A program made the translations under genes and the position numbers. From an uncultured delta proteobacterium (GTDB lineage: Bacteria; Desulfobacterota; Binatia; DP-6): a stretch of 64,000 bases of DNA. Under the pieces are notes generated by a model. The model had not been told where the DNA came from, did no database searches, and saw nothing but the letters and a program-made list of their open reading frames with translations. Positions 19,377 to 29,750 of this stretch are shown here, piece by piece. Numbering within the stretch: position 1 is the first letter of the stretch; every line of letters begins with the position of its first letter. The DNA is taken from the NCBI GenBank assembly GCA_963815115.1, contig CAWFFN010000005.1, positions 224,001-288,000 on the forward strand, read 5' to 3'.

Positions 19377-21368
19377 TCAGAGGCTCCGGCCGGCCACGTG
19401 CCCGTCGTAGATGGCGCGATCCGCGAAGCGGACCGCGACGGCGTCACCGATCCGGAGAAGCTCGGGCACGCGTCCCCGGAGCGACTCGTAGAGCGCGGTA
19501 TCGGGCACGCCGTGCGTGCGGATCACGACCGTGTCGACCTCGTGCACGATCTCCGGCCGCTGGCCGAGCACGTCGAGCAGGGTGACCTCGTGGTCGCCGA
19601 TCGCGGCGAGGGCGGTGTTCGGCCGCCAGCGCATTCCCGCGCGGACCGCCAGCGGCAGCGCCGCGGCCGCAGTCTCGGCGTCGAGCAGGACGGGCGCGGG
19701 CAGCGGCGTCGCGACCGTGACCTCGATGCCCATCGTGGCGAGCAGGTGGCCGAGCCCGATCGCCTCGATGTGCCCGACCGCGTCGAGGATGATCACCCGC
19801 CGGCCGAGCTCGCCGGCGTGAAGGAGGGCGCGCTCGTGGTCGGCGACCCAGTCGCGATCCGAGCCGGGCACCGGCATCGGGTGCGCCTTGGACGCGGCGT
19901 CGGTGCAGGCGATCCCGCCGGTCGCGACGACCACCGCGTCGGGCGCGAGCGTGAGCACGGCGTCGGCGGTCGCCGTGACGCCGAGCCGGATCTCGACGCC
20001 GCGCCGGGCGCATTCGGCCGCCCGCCAGTCGGCGAAGTCGCCGATCTCGGCACGGCCGGGCAGCCGCTCGGCGAGGCGGATCTTGCCGCCGAGACGATCG
20101 TGCTGCTCGAGCAGGGTCACCCGGTGCCCACGCGCGGCTGCGACCCACGCCGCCTCGAGGCCGGCGGGACCACCGCCGACGACCACGATCCGCTTCCGCC
20201 GCGCCGCCGGCGTGAGCGTGGCCGCGCCCAGCACGTCCTCGCGCCCGACCTCGGGGTTGGTCACGCAGGTGACGGGCAGGCCCTGGAGCAGGTTGCCGTA
20301 GCAGCCCTGGTTCGTGCCGGTGCACCTGCGGATGGTCACGGCCGCGCCCGCCCGCGCCTTGGCGGGCCACTCGGGATCGGCGATGAGCGCCCGCACGAGC
20401 GTCACCGCATCGGCGTCGGCACGGACGAGGATGCCCTCGGCCTCCTCGGGAAGCAGGATGCGGTGCACCGCGAACACCGGCGTGCGGCGGAGCGCGCGCT
20501 TGACGGTCGCGGCGGCGTACACGCCGAGCCCGTGCGGCGCGTACATCGGTCGCACCATGCCGGCGCCCGAGATGCCGACGCTGACGTCGAGGAAGTCGAC
20601 CAGACCGAGGGCTTCGAGACGCGCGCCGATCTCGGCCGCGTCCCGGGGGGTGAGGCCGCTCCCGTCGCGCTGCTCCTCATCGCCGACCAGGCGGAGGCCC
20701 ACGGCGACCCCGCTGCCGGCGGCGGAGCGCACGGCCTCGAGCACCTCGACACAGAAGCGCATGCGGTTCTCGAGGGAGCCGCCGTACTCGTCGTTCCGCC
20801 GGTTGCTGCGCGGCGAGAGGAATTCGTGGATCAGGTAGCCATGCGCGCCGTGAATCTCGATGCCCTCGAAGCCGCCCGCGACGGCGTTGCGGGCGGAGCG
20901 GGCGAAGTGCTCGACGAGCTCGCGGATCTCGTGCGTCTCGAGCGCCTTGGGCGGCTCCAGGTGGTTGGCGACTCCCGAGGCGGCCCACACCGGCAGCTTC
21001 GACCACGTGCCGCGGTTCACTCCGCCGTTGTGGGCGAGCTGGAGGAAGGCGAGGGCGCCGTGTGACCGGATCGGTGCGGTCACCCGCTCGAAGTGCGGAA
21101 TCGCGGCCTCGTCCCACGCGATCGCGTTGTTGAGCATCTGGTAGGCGGTGCTCGGATGCACCTGGGCCTGGCCGGCGATGATCACGCCCGCGCCGCCGCG
21201 GGCGCGCTCGCCGAGGTAGCGACCGTAGCGCTCGCCGAAGAAGCCCGGCTCGCCCCACGTGCCGCTCGGCTCGGTGAACATCGTGAAGTGGGCGCCGCAG
21301 ACGATGCGGTTGCGCGACTCGAGTGGCCCGATGCGCAGCGGCGAGAAGAGGTGCGGGTAGCTCGTCAC
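19377..21368 (-). CDS. NADH:flavin oxidoreductase (OYE/FadH-like, FMN plus FAD)
   Basis: YPHLFSPLRIG, EIHGAHGYLIHEFLSP..N.R.DEYGGSLENR, CTGTNQGC, VVGGGPAGLEAA. Confidence 0.93.
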   Translation of the reverse strand: MTSYPHLFSPLRIGPLESRNRIVCGAHFTMFTEPSGTWGEPGFFGERYGRYLGERARGGAGVIIAGQAQVHPSTAYQMLNNAIAWDEAAIPHFERVTAPIRSHGALAFLQLAHNGGVNRGTWSKLPVWAASGVANHLEPPKALETHEIRELVEHFARSARNAVAGGFEGIEIHGAHGYLIHEFLSPRSNRRNDEYGGSLENRMRFCVEVLEAVRSAAGSGVAVGLRLVGDEEQRDGSGLTPRDAAEIGARLEALGLVDFLDVSVGISGAGMVRPMYAPHGLGVYAAATVKRALRRTPVFAVHRILLPEEAEGILVRADADAVTLVRALIADPEWPAKARAGAAVTIRRCTGTNQGCYGNLLQGLPVTCVTNPEVGREDVLGAATLTPAARRKRIVVVGGGPAGLEAAWVAAARGHRVTLLEQHDRLGGKIRLAERLPGRAEIGDFADWRAAECARRGVEIRLGVTATADAVLTLAPDAVVVATGGIACTDAASKAHPMPVPGSDRDWVADHERALLHAGELGRRVIILDAVGHIEAIGLGHLLATMGIEVTVATPLPAPVLLDAETAAAALPLAVRAGMRWRPNTALAAIGDHEVTLLDVLGQRPEIVHEVDTVVIRTHGVPDTALYESLRGRVPELLRIGDAVAVRFADRAIYDGHVAGRSL

Positions 21369-22828
21369 GGTTGCTGCGGCGCGGGGGCGCCGCACTCCGG
21401 GGTCGTTGCCGCAGGGTCGCACAGGTCGACGCGGGCGATGCGTGGCGACGCCGCTTCCCGGGGGCCGTAGATCACGGAGACACGCACGCGTGCGGCGCGC
21501 GTCTGACCCCCGCGCGAGACGACACCCTTGAAGGTGGCCGTGGTGTCCGATTCGGCGACGGGAGGCTCCCAGCTCGGCTGCAGCACGAACAGGTCGCAGA
21601 ACTCGCCGGGATCGACGTCCTCGCGCGCGCCGGGGGAAAAGACGCGATCGTAGATGGCGAGCGGGGCGGTGGTGAGCGGCACGAGCGGACGCCGCCCGAA
21701 CCACGCGTCGGCCAGCGACCGGGCCAGGCGGCACGGGGCCGAGGCGTCGCAGCTTCCCCAGCGGAAGCCCGATTGCACGGCGGCGCGCACGTCCTCGTCG
21801 GTCAGGCAGCCGTCGAGGTGGGCCTGGCTGCGGTCGGGGTCGTAGCCCGTCTCCCGCATGGCGGCGAGGACCACCGCCGTCTCGTCGCCGGGATTCAGTC
21901 CGACCGACGTACGCAGGAAGCGCCGCAGGCGCCGGCAGCTCTTCACCTTGTCGACGTCGTTGCTCTCCCGCATCTCGTCCAGGAAGAAGCTGATCTTGCC
22001 GCGCATGGCCGACGGCTCGACGAGCACCAGGTTGGGATCGTAGAGGCGGTTGCGGCGGTCGACGCGGATCACGGCGAAGGTGGGGTCGGTGTCGCTCAGG
22101 ACCTGCTTCGCGTCCAGCAGGCGGTCGTGGTCGGCGTCGAAGCGCGCGAGGTCGGTGGCGGGCACCAGCTCGATCCGGTCGATCTCCCACAGGGGCCGAT
22201 CGAGCTTGCCGTCGCGCTTGATGGTGACGTCGCGCGGCTTGGCGCCGGCACGCGCGAGCTGCCAGAACTGCGACGCGACACCGACGGCCGCCCCGCCTCC
22301 GGGCACCACCGTCGAGACCGGCAGCGAGGCCGCCGATCCGACGGTCTTGGCGGCGTCCACGAGCTTGGTCTCGTTCTCCTCCGAGGTCTCGACCAGGCTC
22401 GCCTGGAGGGTGAGCTGGTCGCCTTCCTGGAGGCGCATCGGCGGCGCGAGCGCTTGCCCTTCCTTGAGCTCGTGGGTGACGGCGCCGGACGCGGTCTTGA
22501 GCGTGGCGAGCGGCAGGGCGCCGACCGCCTGGCCGTTCAGCTGCGCACCCACGGTCAGGATGACGCTGGTCGAGCGGTCCACGAAATACGATCCCACCGA
22601 CTGCCAGAAGGCGCTGCGTTGCGGGCGCCCGATGTGAACGCGGGTGGCGACGAGCTGCAGGTACTCGTCGGGACTGAACTGCGCACCGGCGGCCGGGACC
22701 GTGCGCGCGATGAGCTCGGGCGCCTCGGTCGGCGGAGGCGGCTGCTCCGCGTGCCGAGGGCAACCGCTCGCGAGGGCCGCCACGACGACCAGACACGCCA
22801 CCGTCCCCAGCCTGCGCGCGCGCTGCAC
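21365..22828 (-). CDS. Hypothetical lipoprotein
   Basis: Long ORF with host-like codon use, lipobox LASGC, stop overlaps the next start. Start approximate. Confidence 0.7.
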   Translation of the reverse strand: MQRARRLGTVACLVVVAALASGCPRHAEQPPPPTEAPELIARTVPAAGAQFSPDEYLQLVATRVHIGRPQRSAFWQSVGSYFVDRSTSVILTVGAQLNGQAVGALPLATLKTASGAVTHELKEGQALAPPMRLQEGDQLTLQASLVETSEENETKLVDAAKTVGSAASLPVSTVVPGGGAAVGVASQFWQLARAGAKPRDVTIKRDGKLDRPLWEIDRIELVPATDLARFDADHDRLLDAKQVLSDTDPTFAVIRVDRRNRLYDPNLVLVEPSAMRGKISFFLDEMRESNDVDKVKSCRRLRRFLRTSVGLNPGDETAVVLAAMRETGYDPDRSQAHLDGCLTDEDVRAAVQSGFRWGSCDASAPCRLARSLADAWFGRRPLVPLTTAPLAIYDRVFSPGAREDVDPGEFCDLFVLQPSWEPPVAESDTTATFKGVVSRGGQTRAARVRVSVIYGPREAASPRIARVDLCDPAATTPECGAPAPQQP

Positions 22829-22926
22829 GCGTGGAATACTAGCGATCGGATCCGTGGCGGGCGAGGGCAGGCCGGTGGACACGATACCCGTTTCGGTAGG
22901 ATGAAGGGGCGACCCCTCGGGTGGTC

Positions 22927-23766
22927 ATGCGCGGACGCGCCTATTTCCGGGACGACCGGGTGCTCTACGTCGGGCCCGACCTCCCCTCGGTCCTGCACGC
23001 GCACCACGCTGCTCAGGTGTGCGTCTCGCTGTCCGGGCCCCTCCGCATCCGGTCGGCGCCGTCCGCGAGATGGCTGCGCTGCGACGGGGCCATCATCCCG
23101 CCCGACGTCCCGCACGAGACCGATCCCCCGGTGGCGCTGATCGCGACGTTCTGGCTCGACGCCGACGCGCCGGAGGCGAGAAGCATGGTGCCGCCACACG
23201 CGCGCGATGCGATCCGTGCGCTCGACCGGTCGCGCGTCCGCGCGCTCGTTCCAAGCCTGCGTCGATGCTGGCAGGAGCGCTTCGACGGCACGCGCGCCGC
23301 GGGTGTGCTCGCAGACACGATGCGGCTGCTCGTACCGTCCCCCGACTCGCACGCCACGCTCGACCCGCGGGTCGCCCGCGCGCGTGACCTCCTGCGTGCG
23401 GCACCGGAGCGCCGCCTCGCGATCGGCGGCGTGGCGGCGGCGGTGTCCCTCTCGCCGAGCCGCCTTGCCTGTCTGTTCCGGTCTCAGCTGGGAGTGCCCG
23501 TTCGCCGGTACCTCCTCTGGCTCCGCCTGCGCGACGCGGTGCAGGAGATGACGCGCGGAGCGACCATCACCCAGGCCGCGCACGCCGCAGGCTTCGCGGA
23601 CACCCCGCACCTCGATCGCACGTTCCGCCGCATGCTCGGCTTCACGCCCTCGGCCGCGCTGCACGTCAGTGAGTTCGTTCAAGACGCACCCGGCCCGCTC
23701 GCCTATGATCGCCGCCGAACGGGAGGTGCAGCGTCATGGTCCATCGAGCGAATGCCCCGCGAGTGA
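22927..23766 (+). CDS. AraC family transcriptional regulator
   Basis: HAHHAAQV N-domain; LSPSRLACLFRSQLG and AAHAAGFAD..HL.RTFRRMLG double HTH. Confidence 0.92.
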   Translation: MRGRAYFRDDRVLYVGPDLPSVLHAHHAAQVCVSLSGPLRIRSAPSARWLRCDGAIIPPDVPHETDPPVALIATFWLDADAPEARSMVPPHARDAIRALDRSRVRALVPSLRRCWQERFDGTRAAGVLADTMRLLVPSPDSHATLDPRVARARDLLRAAPERRLAIGGVAAAVSLSPSRLACLFRSQLGVPVRRYLLWLRLRDAVQEMTRGATITQAAHAAGFADTPHLDRTFRRMLGFTPSAALHVSEFVQDAPGPLAYDRRRTGGAASWSIERMPRE

Positions 23767-23824
23767 TCGCCGGGCCGTCGTGGCGTGGAGCAGCGTCATC
23801 GTCGTCGTGTTGATCGGCAGGTCC

Positions 23825-24235
23825 GTGGTGCCGGAAGGACCCCTGCGCGACGGCGTGCTGCGGGGGATTCTCCTCCTCATGGCCGCGGGTGAGGCGGCCG
23901 CGGGCGTCCTGCAGGTGTTCGGGGCCCGACAGGCTGCAACGATGGCCGGCCGGACGTACTCGGCGAGCTATCACGGGCTCGTGCAGGACTTCGGATTCTA
24001 CAACCTGGCCATGGCCACGCTGTTCGTGCTGGGCGCCGTCGATCCGGCGCGCAACCGGGTCGTCCTTCCCGTCGCCATGCTGCTCTACGCCGTGCACGGC
24101 GGCACCCACCTGCTCCGCGCGTTCGGGATCTACTACGGTGGCGAGACGACCATCCCGACACGTCCGTCGGCGTACGAGATGCGGGACGGCCTTCCCCTCG
24201 TGGCCGCGGTCGTCGGTCTGCTGCTCTTCGGCTGA
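23825..24235 (+). CDS. Small multi-TM membrane protein (DUF4345-like)
   Basis: Four hydrophobic segments, HGLVQDFGFYNLA. Start approximate. Confidence 0.6.
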   Translation: MVPEGPLRDGVLRGILLLMAAGEAAAGVLQVFGARQAATMAGRTYSASYHGLVQDFGFYNLAMATLFVLGAVDPARNRVVLPVAMLLYAVHGGTHLLRAFGIYYGGETTIPTRPSAYEMRDGLPLVAAVVGLLLFG

Positions 24236-24416
24236 CGGCTCGGTGCGGAGCCGCCCCTCCGGAGGCACGGCGAAGAACGGACGAAAGGTCGAAGCTCGGG
24301 GGCTACCCAGGCCTGAGCGCGAAAGGCCCTTCACGCTTCCCATCCCGATCTATACATGCCGGCGCGGATCCATTAGGCGTGGATCCGTGCAAAGAGAACG
24401 GGCTGCCATCACCGCC

Positions 24417-25670
24417 ATGCCCCAGCGCGACGGCCACGCGCCGCCGCCGCCGATCCTCAAGTCGGCCAAGCTCGCCAGCGTCTGCTACGACATTCGCGGT
24501 CCGGTGCTGGCCCGCGCCAAGCAGATGGAGGAGGAAGGCCACCGCATCATCAAGCTCAACATCGGCAACCCTGCGCCGTTCGGGTTCGAGGCCCCCGAGG
24601 AGATCGTGCAGGACGTGATCCGCAACCTGCCCCAGGCCTCGGGCTACTGCGACTCGAAGGGCCTGTTCGCCGCGCGCAAGGCGATCATGCACTACACGCA
24701 GCAGAAGCACGTTCGCGGCGTGACCGTCGAGGACATCTACGTCGGCAACGGCGCCTCGGAGCTCATCGTCATGTCGATGCAGGCCCTCCTCGACGCCAGC
24801 GACGAGGTGCTGATCCCGGCGCCCGACTACCCGCTGTGGACCGCCGCCGTGAGCCTCTCGGGCGGAACGCCCCGGCACTACCTGTGCGACGAGCAGGCGG
24901 ACTGGCTTCCCGACCTCGCCGACCTGCGCGCCAAGATCTCACCGCGCACGCGCGCCCTGGTGGTGATCAATCCCAACAACCCGACCGGCGCGCTCTATCC
25001 CGAGGACCTGCTCGCCGACCTGCTCGCGATCGCGCGCGAGCATCGCTTGATCGTCTTCGCCGACGAGATCTACGACAAGGTGCTCTACGACGGTGCGCAG
25101 CACACGGCGATCGCGTCGCTCGCCGACGACGTGCTCATCGTGACGTTCGGCGGCCTGTCGAAGAACTACCGCGCCTGTGGCTTCCGCGCCGGGTGGATGA
25201 TCGTCTCGGGCGAGCGCTCGCACGCCCGGGATTACGTCGAAGGCCTGGACATGCTGGCCTCGATGCGCCTGTGCGCCAACGTTCCGGCGCAGTATGGCAT
25301 CCAGACCGCGCTCGGCGGCCACCAGAGCATCGAGGACCTGGTGCTGCCGACCGGGCGGCTCGGCAAGCAGCGCGATCTCGCGCACGATCTGCTCACCCGC
25401 ATCCCGGGTGTGAGCTGCGTGAAGCCCAAGGCGGCCATGTATCTCTTCCCGCGGCTCGATCCGCAGCGCTATCCCATCCCCGACGATCAGGAATTCGTCC
25501 TCGAGCTGCTGCAGGAGGAGAAGGTCCTCGTGGTCCAGGGCACCGGCTTCAACTGGCCGGAGACCGATCACTTCCGGGTCGTGTTCCTGCCCGACGCGGA
25601 CCTGCTCACCGACGCGATCGGCCGCATCGCGCACTTCCTCGATCGCTATCACCGGCGGCACGCCGCGTGA
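24417..25670 (+). CDS. alaA: Alanine (glutamate-pyruvate) aminotransferase AlaA, class I PLP enzyme
   Basis: KSAKLASVCYDIRGPVL, KLNIGNPAPFGF, NPNNPTG, GGLSKNYRACGFRAGW. Confidence 0.92.
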   Translation: MPQRDGHAPPPPILKSAKLASVCYDIRGPVLARAKQMEEEGHRIIKLNIGNPAPFGFEAPEEIVQDVIRNLPQASGYCDSKGLFAARKAIMHYTQQKHVRGVTVEDIYVGNGASELIVMSMQALLDASDEVLIPAPDYPLWTAAVSLSGGTPRHYLCDEQADWLPDLADLRAKISPRTRALVVINPNNPTGALYPEDLLADLLAIAREHRLIVFADEIYDKVLYDGAQHTAIASLADDVLIVTFGGLSKNYRACGFRAGWMIVSGERSHARDYVEGLDMLASMRLCANVPAQYGIQTALGGHQSIEDLVLPTGRLGKQRDLAHDLLTRIPGVSCVKPKAAMYLFPRLDPQRYPIPDDQEFVLELLQEEKVLVVQGTGFNWPETDHFRVVFLPDADLLTDAIGRIAHFLDRYHRRHAA

Positions 25671-25724
25671 TCGGCGCGGCGCGAGTTTCGCCGCAGGGGC
25701 GAAGCGGGTAGAGACCGCCGGGCG

Positions 25725-26483
25725 ATGAGCGAGTCACCGTCGGCGTCTGCGGCGAGCCGCGTCGGACCGGCCGAGGAGCCGCGTTCGCTGCGCGTCGCGC
25801 TCTCGCCGTACGTCTTCCGCGGCATGCTGGTCGGGATGGGCGCCGCCGCCGTGGCCATGCACCGCGTCACCGGGAACCAGCGCCTGACCTGGAACTTCGC
25901 CAAGGCGCGCGCCCGCACCCTCGAGCGCATGCTCGGCGTGCGCGTGCAGATGACCGGGCGCGAGCACGTCGCGACGGGCGGCCCGTTCGTGTTCACGCCG
26001 AATCATCAGAGCCACCTCGACATCCTCGCGCTGCTCGGCCACTTGCCCGGTGCGACGCGCTTCGTCGCGAAACAGAGCCTGTGGCGGCACGCGGTCGTGG
26101 GCGCGGTGCTCGACTCGCTGGGCATGGTGCCCATCGATCGCGAGAGCTCGGCGGAGGCCGTCGCCGTGCTCGATCGCGTGCGCGACGAGGGACAATCGTT
26201 CGTGGTCTTTCCGGAGGGCACGCGCAGCCGCGATGGACGCCTGAACGAGTTCAAGAAGGGCGCGTTCGTGCTCGCCATCCGCCTCGGCCTGCCGGTGGTG
26301 CCGGTGGTGTGCCGCGGGACGCGACGACTGATGCCGCGAGGCAGCCGGCTCACCGTGATCCCCGGCGAGGTCGAGGTGGTCGTCGAGCGACCGATCCCCA
26401 CCGCGGGACTGCGCTTCGAGGACCGCGACGATCTGGCGGCGCAGGTGCGGGAGGCCATGCTGCGGCATCACACGGGGTGGTGA
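25725..26483 (+). CDS. 1-acyl-sn-glycerol-3-phosphate acyltransferase (PlsC family)
   Basis: NHQSHLD, FVAK, FPEGTRS, FKKGAF. Confidence 0.92.
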   Translation: MSESPSASAASRVGPAEEPRSLRVALSPYVFRGMLVGMGAAAVAMHRVTGNQRLTWNFAKARARTLERMLGVRVQMTGREHVATGGPFVFTPNHQSHLDILALLGHLPGATRFVAKQSLWRHAVVGAVLDSLGMVPIDRESSAEAVAVLDRVRDEGQSFVVFPEGTRSRDGRLNEFKKGAFVLAIRLGLPVVPVVCRGTRRLMPRGSRLTVIPGEVEVVVERPIPTAGLRFEDRDDLAAQVREAMLRHHTGW

Positions 26484-26484
26484 C

Positions 26485-27531
26485 GTGACGGACACGATGA
26501 GTGCCGCGTTCTGCCGCGGCCCGGGCACGGTCGTCCTCGACGAGGTCGCACGCCCTGCGCCGGGACCCGACGACGTCGTCGTCGCGGTGCGGAGTTGCGG
26601 CATCTGCGGGACCGACCTGCACTGGTACCACGACACGATGATGATTCCCGCCGTCTGCCCCGGGCACGAGATCGCAGGCGAGGTCGCCGAGGTGGGCTCG
26701 GCGGTGCGCGGGTTGCGAGCTGGCGATCGCGTGGCGCTCGAGGGCATCGCCTCGTGCGGGAGCTGCCGGTCGTGCGCCGCCGGCAACTACCACCTCTGTC
26801 CGTCGCTCGGGGTCGTCGGGATCACCATCCCGGGCGGCTTCGCCGAGCGTGTCCGGATCCCCGCTCGACATTGCTTCCCGATCCCGCGCGACATCGATTT
26901 CCCGACCGCGGCGCTCTCGGAGCCGCTGGCCGTCGCCGTGCATGGAGCGCGCATCGGCGGACTGTCGCTGGGCCAACGCGTCGTCGTCCTGGGTGCGGGC
27001 ACGATCGGGCTCGCCGCGGTGATCGCGGCGCGGGCAGGCGGCGCGGGCGAGATCCTGGTGACGGCGCGCCGGCCGCAGCAGCGCGCGGCCGCGCTCGCCC
27101 TCGGCGCCGATCGCGTCTTCGACGACGCCGACGAGTCGGCGCTGCGCGAAGCGGCGCAGGAGTCGCCCGTCGATCTCGTGCTCGAGACCGTCGGCGGGAT
27201 GGCCGATACCCTCGAGGCCGCGGTCGGCGTGTGCCGGCCAGGTGGGACGATCTGCGTGGTCGGCGTGTACACCAAGCCGATCGTGTTCCCGTCGATCTTC
27301 ATGATCGCGAAGGAGCTGCGCCTGCAGGGCTCGATGGTCTACAACCGCTCCGGCGCGCGCGCCGATTTCGAGATCGTCGAGGACATCCTGGCGCGCCGGG
27401 GAGCGCAGATCGGGGAGACGCTCGTCACGCACCGCTTCCCGCTGGCCGACATCGCCGCGGCCTTCCGGACGGCAGACGACAAGGGGACCGGCTCGATCAA
27501 GGTCACCGTGACGGCCGACGCGGCGCGATGA
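26485..27531 (+). CDS. Zinc-dependent alcohol dehydrogenase
   Basis: CGICGTD, GHE, CGSCRSC..C, GAGTIG. Confidence 0.93.
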   Translation: MTDTMSAAFCRGPGTVVLDEVARPAPGPDDVVVAVRSCGICGTDLHWYHDTMMIPAVCPGHEIAGEVAEVGSAVRGLRAGDRVALEGIASCGSCRSCAAGNYHLCPSLGVVGITIPGGFAERVRIPARHCFPIPRDIDFPTAALSEPLAVAVHGARIGGLSLGQRVVVLGAGTIGLAAVIAARAGGAGEILVTARRPQQRAAALALGADRVFDDADESALREAAQESPVDLVLETVGGMADTLEAAVGVCRPGGTICVVGVYTKPIVFPSIFMIAKELRLQGSMVYNRSGARADFEIVEDILARRGAQIGETLVTHRFPLADIAAAFRTADDKGTGSIKVTVTADAAR

Positions 27532-27995
27532 GCCTCCCGATCCAGCGTCTCAGCCACGTCGGCATCTGCGTCTCCGACCTCGAGCGCTCGCTGCGCTTCT
27601 ACCGCGATCTGCTCGGCTTCTCCGCCGAGCACGAGCTGGAGGTCGGAGGAGAGCCGACCGACACGTTACTGCGGCTGCGCGGCACGAAGCTGCGGGCGCT
27701 CTACCTGGCCCGGGACGGCGTGCGGATCGAGCTGCTGCACTTCGCGAGCCCGCCGGCGCCGCCGGCCCGGGGGCGCGTGATGAACGAGTCCGGTCTCACC
27801 CACCTCTCGTTCCGCGTCGCCGACCTCGATGGGATGCTGGCGGCGCTGCGGACGGCCGGGGTGCGCGTGCTCGAGGACACGGTCTTGCGCTTCCCCGAGT
27901 TCCGGTCCGCCGCCTGCTTCATCGCCGATCCCGACGGCCAGCTGATCGAGCTCGTGCAGGCGCCGGGCGATCCGGCGGCGCCGCCCCGAGCGTAG
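27528..27995 (+). CDS. VOC/glyoxalase family protein
   Basis: HVGICVSDLERSLRFYRDLLGF; DPDGQLIEL. Confidence 0.92.
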   Translation: MSLPIQRLSHVGICVSDLERSLRFYRDLLGFSAEHELEVGGEPTDTLLRLRGTKLRALYLARDGVRIELLHFASPPAPPARGRVMNESGLTHLSFRVADLDGMLAALRTAGVRVLEDTVLRFPEFRSAACFIADPDGQLIELVQAPGDPAAPPRA

Positions 27996-28203
27996 TATCC
28001 GACCCGAGACTGCGTCTCGGGTCGGGACGGAGAGCGAGCGTGCGGCTCGATGAACGGTGCGGGTGTCGTGCCGCGGCCGGCGAAGCCGGCGCGGCAGACG
28101 TGACCGAGCACGAGCCCGTGGCGCCGCCGGACGGCTTGGGCCGAGGCCCGGGGTCGTGCCGCGGCGTCCGCCCGAGTCACCGGACGCTACACGCTCGCCT
28201 CCG

Positions 28204-28452
28204 CTATCGACCCGAGACGAAGTCTCGGATCGTTGTTCCCTCGCTGGCGTCGGCCATGCGCATCAGCCAGGACGCCAGCAGCCGCGCGCGATCGGACCGC
28301 AGCAGGACTCCGCCGACGTCGCCTCCTCCCGGGCCGTGCAGGGTCAGCGCGACGCGAGGCGACTCGAGGAATCGAGTGACGCGCAGCGACGCACCGGCTG
28401 CGAGCGGCATCAACAGCGAATCGCCCTGATGGAGCGGCACGATCTTGGCCAT
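28204..28452 (-). CDS. Small hypothetical protein (82 aa)
   Basis: GGAG RBS before the ATG; fills the intergenic gap with plausible codon use. Confidence 0.6.
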   Translation of the reverse strand: MAKIVPLHQGDSLLMPLAAGASLRVTRFLESPRVALTLHGPGGGDVGGVLLRSDRARLLASWLMRMADASEGTTIRDFVSGR

Positions 28453-28539
28453 GGCTTCTCCGGACTGGCGCCCGGTCCGCTCCTCCCTGTGCCGGGTTCA
28501 TCACAGCCGCTTCGCTCCTGTCAAGTGAAATTGTCAACG

Positions 28540-29703
28540 TCAGCGCGGCAGCCCGAGGATGCGCTGCGCGATGATGTTCGCCTGGACCTCCGAGGTCCCT
28601 CCGGCGATGGCGCCGACGCGCGACCACAGGAACGCCTGCTGCCAGCGCCCGCCGTCCGGGGCCGCCGCGAGCTGCGCCTCGGGACCGAGCACCTCGAGCG
28701 CCAGCTCGTGCAGGCGCTGCGTCAGGTGGGCCCAGAACAGCTTCACGAGAGACGACTCCGGGCCCGGTTCCTCGCCGCGCCCGAGCCGCGTGAGGGTGCG
28801 GCAGTTCATGAGCCGCATCACCTCGACGTCGATCCATCCGCGCGCCACCTCCTGACGGACCCGCGGATCGCGAGCCGCGCCCCGCGCACGTGCCAGGCCC
28901 ATCAGCTCCTCGAGCGCGATCCGCTGCAGCACCTGCTCCTTGAACGCGAAGCCGGTGCCGCGCTCGTGGGCGAGCGTGGTGAGCGCGATCTCCCAGCCCC
29001 GGTTCATCCCTCCGACGACGTGGGCACGCGGGAGGCGGACGGCGTCCAGGAACACCTCGCTGAACTCGGTCGAGCCGGTGAGCTGGCGGAGCGGCCGGAT
29101 GGTGATGCCCGGGCTCCGCATGTCGAGGATGAAGTAGGTGAGCCCGCGGTGCTTGGGCAGGGCGGGATCGGTGCGGGCGAGGAGGATGCCCCAGCGCGCA
29201 AACTGCGCGTAGCTCGTCCACACCTTCTGCCCGGTGACGACGAAGTCGTCGCCGTCGAGCTCGGCGCGCGTGCGCACGGCCGCCAGGTCGCTGCCCGCGT
29301 CCGGCTCGCTGAAGAGCTGGCACCAGACCTCGTCGCCGGTGAGGATGGGCGGCAGGAGGCGGCGCTTGAGCGCCTCGTCGCCGTGGGCGATCAGCGTCGG
29401 GCCCGCGTTGTTGATCCCGACCCGGTTCAGCAGCTGCGGCGCGCGCGCGCGTGCCAGCTCCTCGTTGAGGATCGCCTGCTGCACGGGCGGCGCGCCGTGC
29501 CCGCCGTAGTCGCGCGGCCAGGCGAGGCCGACGTAGCCGGCGCCGTGCAGCCTGCGCTGCCAGCGGCGCAGGAAGCCGAACTCCTCGGCGAGCGACGCGT
29601 CGTCGTACGGGACGCGCTCGCCGCGCGCCGGCCGGTTGGCGGCGAGCCACGCGCGCAGGGTGGCCCGGAAGCGCGCGTCCTCGGGCGAGTCGGCGAAGTC
29701 CAC
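28540..29703 (-). CDS. Acyl-CoA dehydrogenase
   Basis: WCQLFSEPDAGSDLA, GQKVWTS, IAGGTSEVQANIIA. Confidence 0.95.
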   Translation of the reverse strand: MDFADSPEDARFRATLRAWLAANRPARGERVPYDDASLAEEFGFLRRWQRRLHGAGYVGLAWPRDYGGHGAPPVQQAILNEELARARAPQLLNRVGINNAGPTLIAHGDEALKRRLLPPILTGDEVWCQLFSEPDAGSDLAAVRTRAELDGDDFVVTGQKVWTSYAQFARWGILLARTDPALPKHRGLTYFILDMRSPGITIRPLRQLTGSTEFSEVFLDAVRLPRAHVVGGMNRGWEIALTTLAHERGTGFAFKEQVLQRIALEELMGLARARGAARDPRVRQEVARGWIDVEVMRLMNCRTLTRLGRGEEPGPESSLVKLFWAHLTQRLHELALEVLGPEAQLAAAPDGGRWQQAFLWSRVGAIAGGTSEVQANIIAQRILGLPR

Positions 29704-29750
29704 GGCGCCGTCTACCACCCCCCGCGCGCGCGATGCTACATCGGGAGGCG

